A DNA stretch of 24,217 nt from Planctomycetales bacterium (GTDB taxonomy: Bacteria; Planctomycetota; Planctomycetia; Gemmatales; Gemmataceae), in contig JAGVLI010000732.1 of the NCBI GenBank assembly GCA_020054355.1, positions 1 to 24,217 of the forward strand. The letters run 5' to 3'. Shown one piece after another: positions 16,660 through 23,502 of the stretch. The notes beneath the pieces were generated by a model. The model searched no databases. It was not told the origin of the DNA and saw only the letters and a list, made by a program, of their open reading frames with translations. The position numbers were made by a program, and so were the translations under genes. The number at the start of each line of letters is the position of its first letter. The stretch's first letter is position 1.

Positions 16660-17187
16660 TCAAGTGCTCACCGGAACTCGCTGGGCCACGCCGATCTTGA
16701 ATTCTTGCCAGCGCACCAGCAAGCGGCCCGCACGGACCTGGAACTCGATAGGGTCCATGGAACGCGGAGGCGGGCCCGCGATGTAGCGGCCCTCGGCGTC
16801 GAAGACCCCGCCGTGGCAAGGCGACACAAACTGGGAGCGATCCGGATGCCAGTTGATGGGACAGCCCAGGTGCGGGCAGATCGGCGACAAGACAGTGACT
16901 TCCTGGTCGGACGCTGCTTTGCGCCGGACCCACAGGGAATGGCGGAACTTGGCCTTTTTCCAGCCGTCCTGGTGAACCATCTCCAGGGCCAGCAGCCGCC
17001 ATTCGCCGATCGGCAGATCGGCGAGTCGTCCCATGTCGATGAAGCCCGCCTCGGCGCCTTCGCGTTTCCATAGGGGGGCCAGCAGATACCCGATCGCGGG
17101 GATGGCCACCAGCAGGCTGAGTCCCGCGAGCAAGATTTCCGTACAGTACGTCATGAAACGCCTGCGGTGGTCGTTCGCTTCGGACAT
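16660..17187 (-). CDS. qcrA: Rieske [2Fe-2S] subunit of a Rieske/cytb complex, with a variant box II
   Basis: Tat-like RRRFM followed by a TM helix; box I CPHLGC; box II SPCHGGVF; GPPPRSMD tail. It ends 19 nt before the cytochrome b start. Confidence 0.9.
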   Translation of the reverse strand: MSEANDHRRRFMTYCTEILLAGLSLLVAIPAIGYLLAPLWKREGAEAGFIDMGRLADLPIGEWRLLALEMVHQDGWKKAKFRHSLWVRRKAASDQEVTVLSPICPHLGCPINWHPDRSQFVSPCHGGVFDAEGRYIAGPPPRSMDPIEFQVRAGRLLVRWQEFKIGVAQRVPVST

Positions 17188-17443
17188 GACATCCTCCAGA
17201 AGGTCGGAAGCCGAACTGGATCGGTCGGCTGTCAGCGCGGTTCACCGCCATCTTAGCAAAATCGGTTCGCTTGCAAAGCCGCCAGGATGGCCTTTCTGGC
17301 ACACGCCGGTGTGCGGCAAGGGCACGGATCGGGCTGTTGCCCAGGTCCCCGTACCGTTGTCTCGGCGTCTCAGCCGGGGCGCGAGCCTGGCCCGCTGCTG
17401 GGTTTGCGCGTCTGTGTCCAGGCGATGTGAATGCAGGGCCAAT

Positions 17444-17459
17444 TGGAACGGGGCTTGCA
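17444..17459 (+). promoter_or_regulatory. Sigma-54 (-24/-12) promoter candidate
   Basis: TGGAACG-GGGC-TTGCA against consensus TGGCACG-N4-TTGCW: GG and GC are correctly spaced with one mismatch. It lies about 57 nt upstream of the ATG at 17517. Confidence 0.55.
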
Positions 17460-17516
17460 TCAGCAACTTTCAGCGATGCAAGACCGGGGCCTGCCAACTA
17501 ATGAAAGGAGAGGGCC

Positions 17517-17873
17517 ATGCCGACTCAAGTGGAACTCGCCGAGTACCTGGAAGAGATTCGCAGCCAAGTCTGCAGCCGTTGTGTCGAACGGCCGCCGGGC
17601 GGCCCACCCTGCGCGCCTTTGGGCAAGCAGTGCGGCATCGAGTTGCACTTGCCCGCGCTGATCGATTCGATCCACCAGGTGAAGAGCGAATACTGGATCG
17701 AGCCGTACCTGGAGCACAACCGCGAGCAAGTCTGCACCACGTGTCCGCATTTGCACAGCAGCATCTGCCCCTGCCCGATGGACTACCTGGCCGTGCTGCT
17801 GGTGCAAGCCGTTGAAACCGTGGATGAGCGCCGCACGGCAAGGCAGCTCGCGGCTGAAGAGGGCAAACCGTGA
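17517..17873 (+). CDS. Small Cys-rich hypothetical protein with an internal duplication (putative metal or Fe-S binding)
   Basis: GGAGAGGG RBS; repeats YLEEIRSQVCSRC and YLEHNREQVCTTC; 8 Cys in 118 aa; no signal peptide. Confidence 0.8.
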   Translation: MPTQVELAEYLEEIRSQVCSRCVERPPGGPPCAPLGKQCGIELHLPALIDSIHQVKSEYWIEPYLEHNREQVCTTCPHLHSSICPCPMDYLAVLLVQAVETVDERRTARQLAAEEGKP

Positions 17874-17935
17874 CCGGCTAGGCGCGGCTAGCGCCACAAT
17901 GGAGACGCCGCAGCTTTGAGGGAGGAGGAAAGACC

Positions 17936-18187
17936 ATGAGCACGCTCCGAAACAAAACTGATACGCTGCCAGACCGCTTTCACGAATTCCCCGTCAATAC
18001 CCCGCCGCAGGTCCGTCAAGAACGGAGACGGCGTCCGCTCGAAACCGACCAGGCCGATTGGGACCCCTGGCTGGCGTCCAAGAATGGCAGCCCTGAAATC
18101 GCCGGGCCGCTGAAAGTGACCGCCTTGCTGATCCTGCTCTTGTTGGCATTCTTCACAGGGATCGTGGCCCTGTTGTTTCTGCGCTGA
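17936..18187 (+). CDS. Small hypothetical membrane protein with a C-terminal TM helix
   Basis: Strong RBS GGAGGAGG; hydrophilic N-terminus; C-terminal TALLILLLLAFFTGIVALLFLR. Confidence 0.65.
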   Translation: MSTLRNKTDTLPDRFHEFPVNTPPQVRQERRRRPLETDQADWDPWLASKNGSPEIAGPLKVTALLILLLLAFFTGIVALLFLR

Positions 18188-18213
18188 CTTGTCCTGGTTA
18201 CTCGGGAGGGGCT

Positions 18214-19773
18214 TCAGGGAAGGCTGTTCCGCGGCACCAAGCCGAGAGGTCCGCCGACCGAGCGTTCCAAGGCGGCCAGCCGGCGGAAGTAGTCGGCAAT
18301 GGCTTCATAGTAACGGTCTTCCAGGCTGACGACATTTCTTTGGGCCTCAATCAGGCTCAGGAACGGAACCCGTCCCGTCACATAAGCCGCCTGCGCGGCT
18401 CTGACGTTATTTTGCGCCGCGGGCAGGATTTCTTCTTCATACAGCCGGATGACTCGCTGACTTTCCCGGACCTGGGCAAATGCCTGCTGGACCTCGTAGT
18501 TTGATTGATCGGTGAGCCTGGCCAGTTCGGCGCGACGCTGGGTTATCCGGGCCTGGGCCTCGCTGACGGCTCCGTAACGTCGTGCACGCCGGACCGGCAG
18601 ATTCACTCGCACAGCGAGCTGGGTGCGCAGGTCTTTTTCCTCTGGCTGCCAGAAGGCGTCGTAGGCCGCCAGCACGTCAAAGTCCGGGTAGAATTCTCGG
18701 TTGGCCAGGCCAAGCGCGGCTTCCTCGGCGGCGATCCGGTTCGCCAGCGCTTGCAAATCGGGACGCCGCGACAAGGCAAGCGCACGCAATTGTTCCGCTT
18801 CGGGCAAGGGATCCGGCTGAAAGCGAGATGCGACCGTCAGCCCCGCGGCGAACAGGCCGCTGACGGGTGGGGGCAGGAAGAGGAGAATGCCCACGCTCGA
18901 TTGCCAGGACGCGGGCCTGGGCGCCGGCGGCAAGGAGAGATCGGGCGGCAGGTGCATCAGGGTATTGAGGCGGGCGACCGCGACCTGGCGGAGTCGGTCC
19001 AGAAGCACACCGCGTTCGCGCTGGCGGCCAATCTCCACGTCGGCCTGGAAAACATCTTGCTGGACTGCCTGGCCGGCGCGGTAGCGCGCCTCGGCATTCT
19101 GACGGAACTCACGCAACAGCCGGAGGCCTTTCTCGTTGACCGCCGTGGCCCGGTGGACCAGATAGTAATCGTAAAAGGCGCTCTTGGCCGCCTCGATCAG
19201 TTGCAGGGCCGCGTCATCCACCTCATTACCGGCAGCGCTTGCCTCCGCCAGGGCATTCTCCCCCCGCAACCGCAGTTTGCCGGGGAACGGGTATCTCTGC
19301 GATACTTCCAGTCGGTAAGCGAAGTCCACTTGATCGGAGCCAATGGAGGCTGGGCCAAAGGTGGCGCCGAAGGTCGGGTCGTCCAACGAAGTCACCTGCG
19401 GGTAGCGGGCCGAGGCCGCTTGCCAGGCCGCGATCATCTGGGGCAACGTGGGATTTCGGGCAAGCACTTGCTGGACCAACGCCTCCAGGGAAAGTTCGCT
19501 CATTCCCTCAAAGGGAGGAGCATTCCCGAGGTCATCGGTCGCGCATGTTGATGTCGGAGTGGGAGCCGGCAGGGTGGGGATCGGCGATGGAGGAGCCTCA
19601 AGAGCAGGAACGGCCTCAGTCGCCGGTGATGGCGCGACAAGTTTTGCGTTTTGTGCAGCCGGTGGCACCTGCGCGGTTGGCGACAGAAGCGGCAGCGAAT
19701 CACATCCCGCCTGGAGGGCCAGGATCAATGAAGCGCAATACCGTATCGCTCGGTTAGACCTTGCTCGTAGCAT
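18214..19773 (-). CDS. TolC/CusC/CzcC-family outer-membrane efflux lipoprotein
   Basis: The ATG at 19773 gives a basic-hydrophobic signal with lipobox LQAG-C (alternative start 19836). OEP repeats: LVQQVLARNPTL, QRYPFPGKLRLRG, AKSAFYDYYL, ALSRRPDL, EFYPDF, YVTGRVPFLSLIEAQR. Confidence 0.9.
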   Translation of the reverse strand: MLRARSNRAIRYCASLILALQAGCDSLPLLSPTAQVPPAAQNAKLVAPSPATEAVPALEAPPSPIPTLPAPTPTSTCATDDLGNAPPFEGMSELSLEALVQQVLARNPTLPQMIAAWQAASARYPQVTSLDDPTFGATFGPASIGSDQVDFAYRLEVSQRYPFPGKLRLRGENALAEASAAGNEVDDAALQLIEAAKSAFYDYYLVHRATAVNEKGLRLLREFRQNAEARYRAGQAVQQDVFQADVEIGRQRERGVLLDRLRQVAVARLNTLMHLPPDLSLPPAPRPASWQSSVGILLFLPPPVSGLFAAGLTVASRFQPDPLPEAEQLRALALSRRPDLQALANRIAAEEAALGLANREFYPDFDVLAAYDAFWQPEEKDLRTQLAVRVNLPVRRARRYGAVSEAQARITQRRAELARLTDQSNYEVQQAFAQVRESQRVIRLYEEEILPAAQNNVRAAQAAYVTGRVPFLSLIEAQRNVVSLEDRYYEAIADYFRRLAALERSVGGPLGLVPRNSLP

Positions 19774-19949
19774 TGTGCAGACCCCCATCGTCGCCGTCCC
19801 TGGCTTGCGAGACGTGCCGGTCTCGGCAGTTTGCATGTTTCCCTGAACGAAACCGGAAAAACTAGCGAGACGTTCCTTGGTCATTCTTATCGGCCTGGAA
19901 TATTCGGCGTCATCAGCAAACCTTGCCCCGCCGCAACATTGGCGATGGG

Positions 19950-19979
19950 TTGACTCCGCGCAGGTCGCGGGCATACAAT
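19950..19979 (+). promoter_or_regulatory. Sigma70-type promoter candidate for the distal Cys/His-rich gene run
   Basis: TTGACT-N18-TACAAT, each hexamer one mismatch from consensus, 38 nt upstream of the ATG at 20018. Confidence 0.55.
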
Positions 19980-19994
19980 GCAGGGAGTTATCGT

Positions 19995-20008
19995 CCTAGC
20001 TAGCTAGG
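19995..20008. promoter_or_regulatory. Perfect 14-bp palindrome (operator candidate)
   Basis: CCTAGCTAGCTAGG is its own reverse complement and lies between the -10 element and the start codon. Confidence 0.45.
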
Positions 20009-20017
20009 GTAACCGAC

Positions 20018-20422
20018 ATGGACAGGCGAACGGGACACTCTATGGCTCTTACCGCTCTAGCGGGGTTGCTGCTGCAGCCGGTGGGCTGCCCCCGGACGGC
20101 CGTGTCTGTCGCCTCAGTCACTCCAGTTAAGATGAGCTGCGGCCACGCTTGCCATCCGCAGGGCGACCAGCCTGCCAAGCAGTGTCCAGCCGGCACGAAA
20201 TGCTGCTCTGCAACGCAAGAGACGGTACTTACCAACTTGAGGATCTCCAGAACGGATTCAGAGGAACAGGGAAACTGGCTTGTATTGTATGCACTTCATC
20301 CCAGCCTGATGTCCCGGATGGGCCGCTCACTTTCGCAAGCTCCCCACGTCAGCGCGAATTCCGCAAATTCCGCCTTTACCGCAGGGAACCTCTGCGCACT
20401 GCTCTCGCGCTGGCTGATCTGA
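20018..20422 (+). CDS. Hypothetical Cys-rich protein with a signal-like N-terminus and hydrophobic C-terminal tail
   Basis: Hydrophobic ALTALAGLLLQPVGC; central SCGHACH...QCPAGTKCC; ends LCALLSRWLI. The RBS is weak. Confidence 0.55.
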   Translation: MDRRTGHSMALTALAGLLLQPVGCPRTAVSVASVTPVKMSCGHACHPQGDQPAKQCPAGTKCCSATQETVLTNLRISRTDSEEQGNWLVLYALHPSLMSRMGRSLSQAPHVSANSANSAFTAGNLCALLSRWLI

Positions 20423-20560
20423 CCAGTTCGATCCCGGGATCCCGCCTATCCCTATCGGCATTGACTCATGCTTCGCTTTCCGTTAGCCGATAGTCTCAAT
20501 TGAGGTGAACGTCGGCGATGCCGACCGAGCGTGCCTCGAATGACCGTGGTAAGGCAGACC

Positions 20561-21007
20561 ATGTTGCGGATTGCAGTAACCTCTTACCTGTTGCTTACGA
20601 TAATGGCAGGCCCATGGCTGTGCTGCTGTAACGTCGCGCGCCTCGCTACCCTGCTGCAATCCTCCACTGAACCAGCAGCGAAGGGTTGTCATCGCAGCCA
20701 GTGCTGTCAACACCAGGCAGCGCGGCACCAGGGCAGCGAACCGGCCGCTCCCAGCCAGCCCAAACCGGAACCGGCCAAGCCGTGTCCGTGCAACGAAAAC
20801 CACCCCGTGGCTACATCGGCAGATTCCACCGGACAGGAAATCGTGCGGCAGCTGGAACGCGGGCTGCCGTCGGTTAGTCCGTTCATTTCGCTGATCGGTC
20901 TCGACCCGACCTGTCACATCAACTTCCGGCATTCTTTGGAGTCCCAGGCCTTCCCCTATCTCACGGGCCGGGAGATTCTCCAGACCTTGCAGACCTATCT
21001 CTGCTAA
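20561..21007 (+). CDS. Hypothetical Cys-rich protein (CCC motif) with a signal-like N-terminus
   Basis: AAGG precedes the ATG. MLRIAVTSYLLLTIMAGPWLCCC is followed by GCHRSQCCQH and PCPC; it ends EILQTLQTYLC. Confidence 0.7.
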   Translation: MLRIAVTSYLLLTIMAGPWLCCCNVARLATLLQSSTEPAAKGCHRSQCCQHQAARHQGSEPAAPSQPKPEPAKPCPCNENHPVATSADSTGQEIVRQLERGLPSVSPFISLIGLDPTCHINFRHSLESQAFPYLTGREILQTLQTYLC

Positions 21008-21201
21008 ATCCAGCTCTCTCCCATTGCCTGCCCGTACTTGAGTTCGCGCGTGGGTTGGCAGGCACATTCTTTGCACGAATAGCATTTGACCAACACAAGG
21101 ATGTCGCAGGTCGTTGCGCGCCTGCTTCAAGCCGGCAGCTTCGCCGTGCCAAAGGTCGGCGACGCAATCGGACTCTATCCCTGAAAAGGAGGACAAAGAC
21201 C

Positions 21202-22068
21202 ATGTTCCGCAAATACGCTTGGTTCGCCATTCCATTCGCTCTGGCGTCGGTCGTGCTTTACACCGGCTGCAACGCCTCCAACAGTAACCCGCCGCAGGCC
21301 GCTGGCCCGGACAAAGGCAAGGATTCCAAGGCTGCGGAAGTCAAGAAAGACGACGAGCACGCCCACAAGCCCGGCGCGCACGGCGGCATCATCGTCGAGA
21401 TCGGCCGGGACAACTACCACGCCGAAGCCGTCTTTGAGAAGGGTGGCACGCTGCGGCTGAACACCCTGGGCAAGGATGAAGCAAGGGTGCAGGAAGTCGA
21501 GGCCCAGACAGTGGCGGCCTACGTCAAGCCCGAAGGCGGGACCGAAGCGTCGTCGATCCTGCTCAAACCGGCACCGCAGCCGGGAGACAAGCCGGGGATG
21601 ACCTCGCAGTTTGTCGGCCAGCTGCCCGCCGAGATGGTCGGCAAGGCCGTGGAAGTGACTATCCCCAGCATGACCATCGCGGGCGAGCGCTTCCGGCTTG
21701 GCTTCAAGTCGGCCAGCGAAGCGCACGCCGACTCAGGGATGCCTCCCGGCGCGTCCGGAGAAGAGGCAAAGGACCTCTACCTCAAGCCCGGCGGCATCTA
21801 CACTGAAGCCGATATCAAGGCCAACGGCAACATGACGGCCGCGCAGAAGTTCAAGGGCATCGTCTCTAACCACAACGCCAAGCCGAAACCCGGTCAGAAG
21901 ATCTGCCCGATCAGCATGACTCAGGCCAATCCGAAGTTTACCTGGATCGTCGGCGGTAAGCCTTACGAGTTCTGCTGCCCGCCGTGCGTGGACGAGTTCG
22001 TCAAGACCGCCAAGAACAATCCAGAGGAAATTCTGCCTCCGGAAAAGTACGTGAAGCAGCAGCAGTAA
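21202..22068 (+). CDS. Putative metal-binding lipoprotein: His-rich HGG domain plus C-terminal YHS/TRASH-like domain
   Basis: AAGGAGG RBS; signal ending YTG-C; EHAHKPGAHGG...NYHAE; C-terminal ICPIS...YEFCCPPCVDEF. Confidence 0.85.
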   Translation: MFRKYAWFAIPFALASVVLYTGCNASNSNPPQAAGPDKGKDSKAAEVKKDDEHAHKPGAHGGIIVEIGRDNYHAEAVFEKGGTLRLNTLGKDEARVQEVEAQTVAAYVKPEGGTEASSILLKPAPQPGDKPGMTSQFVGQLPAEMVGKAVEVTIPSMTIAGERFRLGFKSASEAHADSGMPPGASGEEAKDLYLKPGGIYTEADIKANGNMTAAQKFKGIVSNHNAKPKPGQKICPISMTQANPKFTWIVGGKPYEFCCPPCVDEFVKTAKNNPEEILPPEKYVKQQQ

Positions 22069-22082
22069 TCCGGAACCGAGAG

Positions 22083-22115
22083 AGGCACCCGCGCCGTGCT
22101 GACGGCCGGGTGCCT
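22083..22115 (+). other. Strong intergenic stem-loop without a U-tract
   Basis: AGGCACCCG-c-GCCGT-gctg-ACGGC-CGGGTGCCT (14 bp with one bulge), 14 nt after the stop at 22068. Confidence 0.6.
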
Positions 22116-22166
22116 GCTCGCCCACCGGAAAACGCTACACGACCATTGATGAACCAGGAGGGACGC

Positions 22167-23021
22167 ATGGCCAAGCGACGGAAAAGCAAGTTCCGTCCTC
22201 CGCAATCGCGGCAAAGCGACACGCGCAAACTGCTGGGCGTTCTCGCATTGCCCGTTGGGGTGATCCTGCTCCTGCTTGGCGTGCATTTCGCCAACCTCTT
22301 TCGGCAAGGCTCCCCCGAGGACGCAGATCACGAGCATGAACCGCCTCCGCATGGTGGGCTGGTGGTCCGGGTCGGCGATGGCGACCAGCATTATCACCTG
22401 GAAATGGTTCGGAAACAGGGGGGCTTCTTGATGCTGTACACCCTGGGCGAGGACGCCAAGAAGGCCGTGGCAGTGGCCACGCAGATGCCCCAGGCCCAAA
22501 TGAAACAACTCGGAAGCGAGTCGGGCGTCAGCCTGGAGTATATGCCGTTTCCCCGAACGGGCGACGGGGCCGGGAAGACATCCCGCTTCCTGGCTAAATT
22601 GCCGAGAGAGCTGCGGGGCAGTCCCTTGACCGTTTCCATTGCCTCGGTCGTGTTCGACGCGTCGCGGCTTCCAGTCGAGTTCAGCTTGCCGCCGGAACGT
22701 GGCAGCACGCCGGGGGATTTCGAGAAGAAACTCTTCCTCACCGCCGCTGGGAAATACACCGACGAGGATATCCAGGCCAATGGCCAGCAGACGGCGGAGG
22801 AGCGGTTCCCCGCGTTCAAACCCCATCATGACGTGAAGCCGCGGCCGGGAGAAAAGGTTTGCCCGATCACCAGAATTAAGGCGACCGCCACGTGTTCCTG
22901 GGTCGTTGCCGGCCATAACTACGAGTTTTGCTGCCCGCCGTGCATCGAGCAGTTTGTCAAGGCAGCGAAAGAATGTCCCGGGATGATTCAGAATCCGGAA
23001 GAATACGTCCAGAAGCAGTAA
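22167..23021 (+). CDS. Membrane-anchored paralog of the preceding gene (HGG domain plus TRASH-like domain)
   Basis: AGGAGGG RBS; basic N-tail followed by a TM segment (LLGVLALPVGVILLLLGVHF); DHEHEPPPHGG...HYHLE; VCPIT...YEFCCPPCIEQF. It is colinear with 21202..22068. Confidence 0.85.
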   Translation: MAKRRKSKFRPPQSRQSDTRKLLGVLALPVGVILLLLGVHFANLFRQGSPEDADHEHEPPPHGGLVVRVGDGDQHYHLEMVRKQGGFLMLYTLGEDAKKAVAVATQMPQAQMKQLGSESGVSLEYMPFPRTGDGAGKTSRFLAKLPRELRGSPLTVSIASVVFDASRLPVEFSLPPERGSTPGDFEKKLFLTAAGKYTDEDIQANGQQTAEERFPAFKPHHDVKPRPGEKVCPITRIKATATCSWVVAGHNYEFCCPPCIEQFVKAAKECPGMIQNPEEYVQKQ

Positions 23022-23075
23022 CCGGCATGTTCGGAAGCATGCCGATTTTCCCTGGTGTGGTGTTGGAGGACCCCA

Positions 23076-23411
23076 ATGATGCGGAACAGAATGATGGCTT
23101 CCCTGGCCCTGCTCGTGGCGATCGGCCTGTCGGCCGGCCGGGCGCAAAACCCGCCTTCGCCGGTGACGGCGATCACCGTGCCGGACATGCACTGCATGGG
23201 CTGCGCCAAGAAGATGGCGGCGCAGTTGCAGGCCGTGCCCGGCGTGGGCAGCGTGCAGGCCAACGTCCAGGCGACGGCCATGCTGGTCAATCCCAAGCCG
23301 GGCGCCGCTCCCTCGCCCCGCGGCCTGTGGGAGGCCATCGAAAAGGCAGGCTACAAACCGGCCCGGCTGGACGGGCCGAGTGGCAGCTTCGCCAGCAAGC
23401 CGCAGTCGTAA
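23076..23411 (+). CDS. Exported HMA-domain (CopZ/MerP-like) metal-binding protein
   Basis: GGAGG precedes the ATG at 23076; signal peptide ending GRA-Q; ITVPDMHCMGC (MxCxxC); EAIEKAGY. Confidence 0.88.
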   Translation: MMRNRMMASLALLVAIGLSAGRAQNPPSPVTAITVPDMHCMGCAKKMAAQLQAVPGVGSVQANVQATAMLVNPKPGAAPSPRGLWEAIEKAGYKPARLDGPSGSFASKPQS

Positions 23412-23423
23412 CCACCCCTGTCC

Positions 23424-23459
23424 GGGCCGCCGGCGTTCTGCCCCTGGCGTCGGCGGCCC
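23424..23459 (+). other. Strong intergenic stem-loop without a U-tract
   Basis: GGGCCGCCGGCG-N12-CGTCGGCGGCCC (12 bp with one G-U pair). Confidence 0.55.
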
Positions 23460-23502
23460 CCCGATTATTGATGGCTGGGCGCCAGCACAAAGGAGAGACA
23501 GC

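Noticed and set aside
17733-17750. CTTCPH as a heme c attachment site
   Set aside because: It is CxxCxH rather than CxxCH, and the protein has no export signal.
11759-19551. Antisense ORFs 11759..12781, 14403..15683 and 18505..19551
   Set aside because: They lie opposite well-supported genes and have no family features.
20461-20496. Second TTGACT as a promoter for the gene at 20561
   Set aside because: No acceptable -10 hexamer lies at 16-19 nt spacing.
2651-23502. Longer N-termini in the ORF track (starts 2651, 4620, 11195, 12844, 19974, 21055, 21984, 23055, 23380)
   Set aside because: Downstream starts have better RBSs and put signal peptides or conserved motifs at the N-terminus; several extensions overlap upstream genes.
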